Source: Eledone cirrhosa
Lineage: Eukaryota
DNA length: 64,000 bases
Direction: 5' to 3'
Assembly: GCA_964016885.1 (NCBI GenBank)
Contig: OZ024758.1
Coordinates: 36,394,001-36,458,000, forward strand
A model generated the notes under the pieces. The model was not told where the DNA came from. It made no database searches and worked only from the letters and a program-made list of their open reading frames with translations. A program made the position numbers and the translations under genes. Each line of letters opens with the position of its first letter. Position 1 is the first letter of the stretch. Below are positions 51,601 to 63,760 of the stretch, piece by piece.

Positions 51601-54600
51601 GTCATGGTATTAGCTGTCAGAAGTAACTCCACTGTTGGTGAGAATTCATTTAAGTTCATGGTATTAGCTGTCAGAAGTAACTCCACTGTTGGTGAGAATT
51701 CATTTAAGTTCATGGTATTAGCTGTCAGAAGTAACTCCACTGTTGGTGAGAATTCATTTACGTTCATGGTATTAGTTTGTCAGAAGTAACTCCAATGTTG
51801 GTGAGAATTCATTTAAGTCATGGTATTAGTTGTCAGAAGTAACTCCAATGTTGGTGAGAATTCATTTAAGTTCATGGTAATAGCTGTCAGAAGTAACTCC
51901 ACTGTTGGTGAGAATTCATTTAAGTCATGGTATTAGCTGTCAGAAGTAACTCCAATGTTGGTGAGAATTCATTTAAGTCATGGTACTAGCTGTCAGAAGT
52001 CACTCCACTGTTGGTGAGAATTCATTTAATTTCATGGTACTAGCTGTCAGAAGTAACTCCACTGTTGGTGAGAATTCATTTAAGTTCATGGTACTAGCTG
52101 TCAGAAGTAACTCCAATGTTGGTGAGAATTCATTTAAGTTCATGGTATTAGCTGTCAGAAGTAACTCCACTGTTGGTGAGAATTCATTTAAGTCATGGTA
52201 TTAGCTGTCAGAAGTAACTCCACTGTTGGTGAGAATTCATTTAAGTTCATGGTATTAGCTGTCAGAAGGAACTCCACTGTTGGTGAGAATTCATTTAAGT
52301 TCATGGTACTAGCTGTCAGAAGTAACTCCAATGTTGGTGAGAATTCATTTAAGTTCATGGTATTAGCTGTCAGAAGTAACTCCACTGTTGGTGAGTATTC
52401 ATTTAAGTCATGGTATTAGCTGCCAGAAGTAACTCCACTGTTGGTGAGAATTCATTTAACTTCATGGTATTAGCTGTCAGAAGTAACTCCACTGTTGGTG
52501 AGAATTCATTTAAGTTCATGGTATTAGCTGTCAGAAGTAACTCCGCAGTTGGTGAGAATTCATTTAAGTTCATGGTATTAGTGGGTCAGAAGTAACTCCA
52601 CTGTTGGTGAGAATTCATTTAAGTCATGGTATTAGTTGTCAGAAGGAACTCCAATGTTGGTGAGAATTCATTTAAGTCATGGTACTAGCTGTCAGAAGTA
52701 ACTCCACTGTTGGTGAGAATTCATTTAAGTTCATGGTATTAGCTGTCAGAAGGAACGCCACTGTTGGTGAGAATTCATTTAAGTTCATGGTATTAGCTGT
52801 CAGAAGTAACTCCACTGTTGGTGAGAATTCATTTAAGTTCATGGTACTAGCTGTCAGAAGTAACTCCAATGTTGGTGAGAATTCATTTAAGTTCATGGTA
52901 TTAGCTGTCAGAAGAAACTCCACTGTTGGTGAGAATTCATTTAAGTTCATGGTATTAGCTGTCAGAAGTAACTCCACTGTTGGTGAGAATTCATTTAGGT
53001 CATGGTATTAGCTGTCAGAAGTAACTCCATTGTTGGTGAGAATTCATTTAAGTCATGGTACTAGCTGTCAGAAGTAACTCCAATGTTGGTGAGAATTCAT
53101 TTAAGTCATGGTACTAGCTGTCAGAAGTAACTCCAATGTTGGTGAGAATTCATTTAAGTTCATGTTATTAGCTGTCAGAAGGAACTCCACTGTTGGTGAG
53201 AATTCATTTAAGTTCATGGTATTAGCTGTCAGAAGTAACTCCACTGTTGGTGAGAATTCATTTAAGTTCATGGTATTAGCTGTCAGAAGTAACTCCACTG
53301 TTGGTGAGAATTCATTTAAGTTCATGGTACTAGCTGTCAGAAGTAACTCCAATGTTGGTGAGAATTCATTTAAGTTCATGGTATTAGCTGTCAGAAGAAA
53401 CTCCACTGTTGGTGAGAATTCATTTAAGTCATGGTATTAGCTGTCAGAAGTAACTCCACTGTTGGTGAGAATTCATTTAAGTTCATGGTATTAGCTGTCA
53501 GAAGTAACTCCACTGTTGGTGAGAATTCATTTAAGTTCATGGTATTAGCTGTCAGAAGGAACGCCACTGTTGGTGAGAATTCATTTAAGTTCATGGTATT
53601 AGCTGTCAGAAGTAACTCCACTGTTGGTGAGAATTCATTTAAGTTCATGGTACTAGCTGTCAGAAGTAACTCCAATGTTGGTGAGAATTCATTTAAGTTC
53701 ATGGTATTAGCTGTCAGAAGGAACTCCACTGTTGGTGAGAATTCATTTAAGTTCATGGTATTAGCTGTCAGAAGTAACTCCACTGTTGGTGAGAATTCAT
53801 TTAGGTCATGGTATTAGCTGTCAGAAGTAACTCCATTGTTGGTGAGAATTCATTTAAGTCATGGTACTAGCTGTCAGAAGTAACTCCAATGTTGGTGAGA
53901 ATTCATTTAAGTCATGGTACTAGCTGTCAGAAGTAACTCCAATGTTGGTGAGAATTCATTTAAGTTCATGTTATTAGCTGTCAGAAGGAACTCCACTGTT
54001 GGTGAGAATTCATTTAAGTTCATGGTATTAGCTGTCAGAAGTAACTCCACTGTTGGTGAGAATTCATTTAAGTTCATGGTATTAGCTGTCAGAAGTAACT
54101 CCACCGTTGGTGAGAATTCATTTAAGTTCATGGTACTAGCTGTCAGAAGTAACTCCAATGTTGGTGAGAATTCATTTAAGTTCATGGTATTAGCTGTCAG
54201 AAGTAACTCCACTGTTGGTGAGAATTCATTTAAGTCATGGTATTAGCTGTCAGAAGTAACTCCACTGTTGGTGAGAATTCATTTAAGTTCATGGTATTAG
54301 CTGTCAGAAGTAACTCCACTGTTGGTGAGAATTCATTTAAGTTCATGGTACTAGCTGTCAGAAGTAACTCCAATGTTGGTGAGAATTCATTTACGTTCAT
54401 GGTATTAGCTGTCAGAAGTAACTCCACTGTTGGTGAGAATTCATTTAAGTCATGGTATTAGCTGTCAGAAGTAACTCCACTGTTGGTGAGAATTCATTTA
54501 AGTTCATGGTATTAGCTGTCAGAAGTAACTCCACTGTTGGTGAGAATTCATTTAAGTTCATGGTATTAGCTGTCAGAAGTAACTCCACTGTTGGTGAGAA

Positions 54601-55411
54601 TTCATTTAATTTCATGGTATTAGCTGTCAGAAGTAACTCCACTGTTGGTGAGAATTCATTTAAGTTCATGGTACTAGCTGTCAGAAGTAACTCCAATGTT
54701 GGTGAGAATTCATTTAAGTTCATGGTATTAGCTGTCAGAAGTAACTCCACTGTTGGTGAGAATTCATTTAAGTCATGGTATTAGCTGTCAGAAGTAACTC
54801 CACTGTTGGTGAGAATTCATTTAAGTTCATGGTATTAGCTGTCAGAAGGAGCTCCACTGTTGGTGATAATTCATTTAAGTTCATGGTACTAGCTGTCAGA
54901 AGTAACTCCAATGTTGGTGAGAATTCATTTAAGTTCATGGTATTAGCTGTCAGAAGTAACTCCACCGTTGGTGAGTATTCATTTAAGTCATGGTATTAGC
55001 TGTCAGAAGTAACTCCACTGTTGGTGAGAATTCATTTAAGTTCATGGTATTAGCTGTCAGAAGTAACTCCACTGTTGGTGAGAATTCATTTAAGTTCATG
55101 GTATTAGCTGTCAGAAGTAACTCCACTGTTGGTGAGAATTCATTTACGTTCATGGTATTAGTTTGTCAGAAGTAACTCCAATGTTGGTGAGAATTCATTT
55201 AAGTCATGGTATTAGTTGTCAGAAGTAACTCCAATGTTGGTGAGAATTCATTTAAGTTCATGGTAATAGCTGTCAGAAGTAACTCCACTGTTGGTGAGAA
55301 TTCATTTAAGTCATGGTATTAGCTGTCAGAAGTAACTCCAATGTTGGTGAGAATTCATTTAAGTCATGGTACTAGCTGTCAGAAGTCACTCCACTGTTGG
55401 TGAGAATTCAT
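48640..55411. repeat. 3386-bp (~63-monomer) near-identical tandem duplication (A ~48640-52025, B ~52026-55411)
   Basis: ORFs 48809/52195, 49024/52410, 49293/52679, 50528/53914, 51389/54775, 51604/54990 and 51980/55366 are all +3386. Shared rare variants are AGGAGCTCC...GGTGATAAT (51465/54851), TCCGCAG, AGTGGGTC and AGAAGAAAC. Confidence 0.93.
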
Positions 55412-57199
55412 TTAAGTTCATGGTACTAGCTGTCAGAAATAACCCCAATGTTGGTGAGAATTCATTTAAGTTCATGGTATTAGCTGTCAGAAGTCACTCC
55501 AATGTTGGTGAGAATTCATTTAAGTTCATGGTATTAGCTGTCAGAAGTAACTCCACTGTTGGTGAGAATTCATTTACGTTCATGGTATTAGTTTGTCAGA
55601 AGTAACTCCACTGTTGGTGAGAATTCATTTAAGTCATGGTATTAGTTGTCAGAAGTAACTCCAATGTTGGTGAGAATTCATTTAAGTTCATGGTATTAGC
55701 TGTCAGAAGGAACGCCACTGTTGGTGAGAATTCATTTAAGTTCATGATATTAGCTGTCAGAAGTAACTCCACTGTTGGTGAGAATTCATTTAAGTTCATG
55801 GTATTAGCTGTCAGAAGTAACTCCACTGTTGGTGAGAATTCATTTAAGTTAATGGTACTAGCTGTCAGAAGTAACTCCAATGTTGGTGAGAATTCATTTA
55901 AGTTCATGGTATTAGCTGTCAGAAGTAACTCCACTGTTGGTGAGTATTCATTTAAGTCATGGTATTAGCTGCCAGAAGTAACTCCACTGTTGGTGAGAAT
56001 TCATTTAAGTTCATGGTATTAGCTGTCAGAAGTAACTCCACTGTTGGTGAGAATTCATTTAAGTTCATGGTATTAGCTGTCAGAAGTAACTCCACAGTTG
56101 GTGAGAATTCATTTAAGTTCATGGTATTAGTTGGTCAGAAGTAACTCCACTGTTGGTGAGAATTCATTTAAGTCATGGTATTAGTTGTCAGAAGGAACTC
56201 CAATGTTGGTGAGAATTCATTTAAGTCATGGTAATAGCTGTCAGAAGTAACTCCACTGTTGGTGAGAATTCATTTAAGTTCATGGTATTAGCTGTCAGAA
56301 GGAACGCCACTGTTGGTGAGAATTCATTTAAGTTCATGGTATTAGCTGTCAGAAGTAACTCCACTGTTGGTGAGAATTCATTTAAGTTCATGGTACTAGC
56401 TGTCAGAAGTAACTCCAATGTTGGTGAGAATTCATTTAAGTTCATGGTATTAGCTGTCAGAAGTAACTCCACTGTTGGTGAGAATTCATTTAAGTCATGG
56501 TATTAGCTGTCAGAAGTAACTCCACTGTTGGTGAGAATTCATTTAAGTTCATGGTATTAGCTGTCAGAAGTAACTCCACTGTTGGTGAGAATTCATTTAA
56601 GTTCATGGTACTAGCTGTCAGAAGTAACTCCAATGTTGGTGAGAATTCATTTAAGTTCATGGTATTAGCTGTCAGAAGTAACTCCACTGTTGGTGAGAAT
56701 TCATTTAAGTCATGGTATTAGCTGTCAGAAGTAACTCCACTGTTGGTGAGAATTCATTTAAGTTCATGGTATTAGCTGTCAGAAGTAACTCCACTGTTGG
56801 TGAGAATTCATTTAAGTTCATGGTATTAGCTGTCAGAAGTAACTCCACTGTTGGTGAGAATTCATTTAATTTCATGGTATTAGCTGTCAGAAGTAACTCC
56901 ACTGTTGGTGAGAATTCATTTAAGTTCATGGTACTAGCTGTCAGAAGTAACTCCAATGTTGGTGAGAATTCATTTAAGTTCATGGTATTAGCTGTCAGAA
57001 GTAACTCCACTGTTGGTGAGAATTCATTTAAGTCATGGTATTAGCTGTCAGAAGTAACTCCACTGTTGGTGAGAATTCATTTAAGTTCATGGTATTAGCT
57101 GTCAGAAGGAACTCCACTGTTGGTGAGAATTCATTTAAGTTCATGGTACTAGCTGTCAGAAGTAACTCCAATGTTGGTGAGAATTCATTTAAGTTCATG

Positions 57200-60100
57200 G
57201 TATTAGCTGTCAGAAGTAACTCCACTGTTGGTGAGTATTCATTTAAGTCATGGTATTAGCTGTCAGAAGTAACTCCACTGTTGGTGAGAATTCATTTAAG
57301 TTCATGGTATAAGCTGTCAGAAGTAACTCCACTGTTGGTGAGAATTCATTTAAGTTCATGGTATTAGCTGTCAGAAGTAACTCCACTGTTGGTGAGAATT
57401 CATTTACGTTCATGGTATTAGTTTGTCAGAAGTAACTCCACTGTTGGTGAGAATTCATTTAAGTCATGGTATTAGTTGTCAGAAGTAACTCCAATGTTGG
57501 TGAGAATTCATTTAAGTTCATGGTAATAGCTGTCAGAAGTAACTCCACTGTTGGTGAGAATTCATTTAAGTCATGGTATTAGCTGTCAGAAGTAACTCCA
57601 ATGTTGGTGAGAATTCATTTAAGTCATGGTACTAGCTGTCAGAAGGCACTCCACTGTTGGTGAGAATTCATTTAAGTTCATGGTACTAGCTGTCAGAAAT
57701 AACCCCAATGTTGGTGAGAATTCATTTAAGTTCATGGTATTAGCTGTCAGAAGTCACTCCAATGTTGGTGAGAATTCATTTAAGTTCATGGTATTAGCTG
57801 TCAGAAGTAACTCCACTGTTGGTGAGAATTCATTTACGTTCATGGTATTAGTTTGTCAGAAGTAACTCCACTGTTGGTGAGAATTCATTTAAGTCATGGT
57901 ATTAGTTGTCAGAAGTAACTCCAATGTTGGTGAGAATTCATTTAAGTTCATGGTATTAGCTGTCAGAAGGAACGCCACTGTTGGTGAGAATTCATTTAAG
58001 TTCATGGTATTAGCTGTCAGAAGTAACTCCACTGTTGGTGAGAATTCATTTAAGTTCATGGTATTAGCTGTCAGAAGTAACTCCACTGTTGGTGAGAATT
58101 CATTTAAGTTAATGGTACTAGCTGTCAGAAGTAACTCCAATGTTGGTGAGAATTCATTTAAGTCATGGTATTAGCTGTCAGAAGTAACTCCACTGTTGGT
58201 GAGAATTCATTTAAGTTCATGGTATTAGCTGTCAGAAGGAACTCCACTGTTGGTGAGAATTCATTTAAGTTCATGGTACTAGCTGTCAGAAGTAACTCCA
58301 CTGTTGGTGAGAATTCATTTAATTTCATGGTATTAGCTGTCAGAAGTAACTCCACTGTTGGTGAGAATTCATTTAAGTTCATGGTACTAGCTGTCAGAAG
58401 TAACTCCAATGTTGGTGAGAATTCATTTAAGTTCATGGTATTAGCTGTCAGAAGTAACTCCACTGTTGGTGAGAATTCATTTAAGTCATGGTATTAGCTG
58501 TCAGAAGTAACTCCACTGTTGGTGAGAATTCATTTAAGTTCATGGTATTAGCTGTCAGAAGGAACTCCACTGTTGGTGAGAATTCATTTAAGTTCATGGT
58601 ACTAGCTGTCAGAAGTAACTCCAATGTTGGTGAGAATTCATTTAAGTTCATGGTATTAGCTGTCAGAAGTAACTCCACTGTTGGTGAGTATTCATTTAAG
58701 TCATGGTATTAGCTGTCAGAAGTAACTCCACTGTTGGTGAGAATTCATTTAAGTTCATGGTATTAGCTGTCAGAAGTAACTCCACTGTTGGTGAGAATTC
58801 ATTTAAGTTCATGGTATTAGCTGTCAGAAGGAACGCCACTGTTGGTGAGAATTCATTTAAGTTCATGGTATTAGCTGTCAGAAGTAACTCCACTGTTGGT
58901 GAGAATTCATTTAAGTTCATGGTACTAGCTGTCAGAAGTAACTCCAATGTTGGTGAGAATTCATTTAAGTTCATGGTATTAGCTGTCAGAAGTAACTCCA
59001 CTGTTGGTGAGAATTCATTTAAGTCATGGTATTAGCTGTCAGAAGTAACTCCACTGTTGGTGAGAATTCATTTAAGTTCATGGTATTAGCTGTCAGAAGG
59101 AACTCCACTGTTGGTGAGAATTCATTTAAGTTCATGGTACTAGCTGTCAGAAGTAACTCCAATGTTGGTGAGAATTCATTTAAGTTCATGGTATTAGCTG
59201 TCAGAAGTAACTCCACTGTTGGTGAGTATTCATTTAAGTCATGGTATTAGCTGTCAGAAGTAACTCCACTGTTGGTGAGAATTCATTTAAGTTCATGGTA
59301 TTAGCTGTCAGAAGTAACTCCACTGTTGGTGAGAATTCATTTAAGTTCATGGTATTAGCTGTCAGAAGGAACGCCACTGTTGGTGAGAATTCATTTAAGT
59401 TCATGGTATTAGCTGTCAGAAGTAACTCCACTGTTGGTGAGTATTCATTTAAGTCATGGTATTAGCTGTCAGAAGTAACTCCACTGTTGGTGAGAATTCA
59501 TTTAAGTTCATGGTATAAGCTGTCAGAAGTAACTCCACTGTTGGTGAGAATTCATTTAAGTTCATGGTATTAGCTGTCAGAAGTAACTCCACTGTTGGTG
59601 AGAATTCATTTACGTTCATGGTATTAGTTTGTCAGAAGTAACTCCACTGTTGGTGAGAATTCATTTAAGTCATGGTATTAGTTGTCAGAAGTAACTCCAA
59701 TGTTGGTGAGAATTCATTTAAGTTCATGGTAATAGCTGTCAGAAGTAACTCCACTGTTGGTGAGAATTCATTTAAGTCATGGTATTAGCTGTCAGAAGTA
59801 ACTCCAATGTTGGTGAGAATTCATTTAAGTCATGGTACTAGCTGTCAGAAGTCACTCCACTGTTGGTGAGAATTCATTTAAGTTCATGGTACTAGCTGTC
59901 AGAAATAACCCCAATGTTGGTGAGAATTCATTTAAGTTCATGGTATTAGCTGTCAGAAGTCACTCCAATGTTGGTGAGAATTCATTTAAGTTCATGGTAT
60001 TAGCTGTCAGAAGTAACTCCACTGTTGGTGAGAATTCATTTACGTTCATGGTATTAGTTTGTCAGAAGTAACTCCACTGTTGGTGAGAATTCATTTAAGT

Positions 60101-61010
60101 CATGGTATTAGTTGTCAGAAGTAACTCCAATGTTGGTGAGAATTCATTTAAGTTCATGGTATTAGCTGTCAGAAGGAACGCCACTGTTGGTGAGAATTCA
60201 TTTAAGTTCATGGTATTAGCTGTCAGAAGTAACTCCACTGTTGGTGAGAATTCATTTAAGTTCATGGTATTAGCTGTCAGAAGTAACTCCACTGTTGGTG
60301 AGAATTCATTTAAGTTAATGGTACTAGCTGTCAGAAGTAACTCCAATGTTGGTGAGAATTCATTTAAGTCATGGTATTAGCTGTCAGAAGTAACTCCACT
60401 GTTGGTGAGAATTCATTTAAGTTCATGGTATTAGCTGTCAGAAGGAACTCCACTGTTGGTGAGAATTCATTTAAGTTCATGGTACTAGCTGTCAGAAGTA
60501 ACTCCACTGTTGGTGAGAATTCATTTAATTTCATGGTATTAGCTGTCAGAAGTAACTCCACTGTTGGTGAGAATTCATTTAAGTTCATGGTACTAGCTGT
60601 CAGAAGTAACTCCAATGTTGGTGAGAATTCATTTAAGTTCATGGTATTAGCTGTCAGAAGTAACTCCACTGTTGGTGAGAATTCATTTAAGTCATGGTAT
60701 TAGCTGTCAGAAGTAACTCCACTGTTGGTGAGAATTCATTTAAGTTCATGGTATTAGCTGTCAGAAGGAACTCCACTGTTGGTGAGAATTCATTTAAGTT
60801 CATGGTACTAGCTGTCAGAAGTAACTCCAATGTTGGTGAGAATTCATTTAAGTTCATGGTATTAGCTGTCAGAAGTAACTCCACTGTTGGTGAGTATTCA
60901 TTTAAGTCATGGTATTAGCTGTCAGAAGTAACTCCACTGTTGGTGAGAATTCATTTAAGTTCATGGTATTAGCTGTCAGAAGTAACTCCACTGTTGGTGA
61001 GAATTCATTT
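57200..61010. repeat. Repeated block at offset 2206 bp (~41 monomers), with an internal 538-bp (10-monomer) repeat
   Basis: ORFs 57626/59832, 57896/60102, 58165/60371 and 58488/60694 are +2206, as is GGTATAAG at 57311/59517. ORFs 58488/59026 and 58703/59241 are +538. Confidence 0.8.
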
Positions 61011-61829
61011 AAGTTCATGGTATTAGCTGTCAGAAGTAACTCCACTGTTGGTGAGAATTCATTTACGTTCATGGTATTAGTTTGTCAGAAGTAACTCCAC
61101 TGTTGGTGAGAATTCATTTAAGTCATGGTATTAGTTGTCAGAAGTAACTCCAATGTTGGTGAGAATTCATTTAAGTTCATGGTAATAGCTGTCAGAAGTA
61201 ACTCCACTGTTGGTGAGAATTCATTTAAGTCATGGTATTAGCTGTCAGAAGTAACTCCAATGTTGGTGAGAATTCATTTAAGTCATGGTACTAGCTGTCA
61301 GAAGTCACTCCACTGTTGGTGAGAATTCATTTAAGTTCATGGTACTAGCTGTCAGAAATAACCCCAATGTTGGTGAGAATTCATTTAAGTTCATGGTATT
61401 AGCTGTCAGAAGTCACTCCAATGTTGGTGAGAATTCATTTAAGTTCATGGTATTAGCTGTCAGAAGTAACTCCACTGTTGGTGAGAATTCATTTACGTTC
61501 ATGGTATTAGTTTGTCAGAAGTAACTCCACTGTTGGTGAGAATTCATTTAAGTCATGGTATTAGTTGTCAGAAGTAACTCCAATGTTGGTGAGAATTCAT
61601 TTAAGTTCATGGTATTAGCTGTCAGAAGGAACGCCACTGTTGGTGAGAATTCATTCAAGTTCATGGTATTAGCTGTCAGAAGTAACTCCACTGTTGGTGA
61701 GAATTCATTTAAGTTCATGGTATTAGCTGTCAGAAGTAACTCCACTGTTGGTGAGAATTCATTTAAGTTAATTGTACTAGCTGTCAGAAGTAACTCCAAT
61801 GTTGGTGAGAATTCATTTAAGTTCATGGT

Positions 61830-63760
61830 ATTAGCTGTCAGAAGTAACTCCACTGTTGGTGAGTATTCATTTAAGTCATGGTATTAGCTGCCAGAAGTAA
61901 CTCCACTGTTGGTGAGAATTCATTTAAGTTCATGGTATTAGCTGTCAGAAGTAACTCCACTGTTGGTGAGAATTCATTTAAGTTCATGGTATTAGCTGTC
62001 AGAAGTAACTCCACAGTTGGTGAGAATTCATTTAAGTTCATGGTATTAGTTGGTCAGAAGTAACTCCACTGTTGGTGAGAATTCATTTAAGTCATGGTAT
62101 TAGTTGTCAGAAGGAACTCCAATGTTGGTGAGAATTCATTTAAGTCATGGTACTAGCTGTCAGAAGTAACTCCACTGTTGGTGAGAATTCAATTAAGTTC
62201 ATGGTATTAGCTGTCAGAAGGAACGCCACTGTTGGTGAGAATTCATTTAAGTTCATGGTATTAGCTGTCAGAAGTAACTCCACTGTTGGTGAGAATTCAT
62301 TTAAGTTCATGGTCCTAGCTGTCAGAAGTAACTCCAATGTTGGTGAGAATTCATTTAAGTTCATGGTATTAGCTGTCAGAAGTAACTCCACTGTTGGTGA
62401 GAATTCATTTAAGTCATGGTATTAGCTGTCAGAAGTAACTCCACTGTTGGTGAGAATTCATTTAAGTTCATGGTATTAGCTGTCAGAAGGAACTCCACTG
62501 TTGGTGAGAATTCATTTAAGTTCATGGTACTAGCTGTCAGAAGTAACTCCAATGTTGGTGAGAATTCATTTAAGTTCATGGTATTAGCTGTCAGAAGTAA
62601 CTCCACTGTTGGTGAGTATTCATTTAAGTCATGGTATTAGCTGCCAGAAGTAACTCCACTGTTGGTGAGAATTCATTTAAGTTCATGGTATTAGCTGTCA
62701 GAAGTAACTCCACTGTTGGTGAGAATTCATTTAAGTTCATGGTATTAGCTGTCAGAAGTAACTCCACTGTTGGTGAGAATTCATTTAAGTTCATGGTATT
62801 AGCTGTCAGAAGTAACTCCACAGTTGGTGAGAATTCATTTAAGTTCATGGTATTAGTTGGTCAGAAGTAACTCCACTGTTGGTGAGAATTCATTTAAGTC
62901 ATGGTATTAGTTGTCAGAAGGAACTCCAATGTTGGTGAGAATTCATTTAAGTCATGGTACTAGCTGTCAGAAGTAACTCCACTGTTGGTGAGAATTCATT
63001 TAAGTTCATGGTATTAGCTGTCAGAAGGAACGCCACTGTTGGTGAGAATTCATTTAAGTTCATGGTATTAGCTGTCAGAAGTAACTCCACTGTTGGTGAG
63101 AATTCATTTAAGTTCATGGTACTAGCTGTCAGAAGGAACTCCAATGTTGGTGAGAATTCATTTAAGTTCATGGTATTAGCTGTCAGAAGTAACTCCACTG
63201 TTGGTGAGAATTCATTTAAGTCATGGTATTAGCTGTCAGAAGTAACTCCACTGTTGGTGAGAATTCATTTAAGTTCATGGTATTAGCTGTCAGAAGGAAC
63301 TCCACTGTTGGTGAGAATTCATTTAAGTTCATGGTACTAGCTGTCAGAAGTAACTCCAATGTTGGTGAGAATTCATTTAAGTTCATGGTATTAGCTGTCA
63401 GAAGTAACTCCACTGTTGGTGAGTATTCATTTAAGTCATGGTATTAGCTGCCAGAAGTAACTCCACTGTTGGTGAGAATTCATTTAAGTTCATGGTATTA
63501 GCTGTCAGAAGTAACTCCACTGTTGGTGAGAATTCATTTAAGTTCATGGTATTAGCTGTCAGAAGTAACTCCACATTTGGTGAGAATTCATTTAAGTTCA
63601 TGGTATTAGTTGGTCAGAAGTAACTCCACTGTTGGTGAGAATTCATTTAAGTCATGGTATTAGTTGTCAGAAGGAACTCCAATGTTGGTGAGAATTCATT
63701 TAAGTCATGGTACTAGCTGTCAGAAGTAACTCCACTGTTGGTGAGAATTCATTTAAGTTC
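61830..63760. repeat. ~753-807-bp (14-15-monomer) local higher-order repeat, about 2.5 copies
   Basis: ORFs 62147/62954, 62416/63223 and 62631/63438 are +807, and 61878/62631 is +753. The GAGTAT, GCTGCC, CCACAG and AGTTGGTC markers recur in the same order. Confidence 0.8.
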
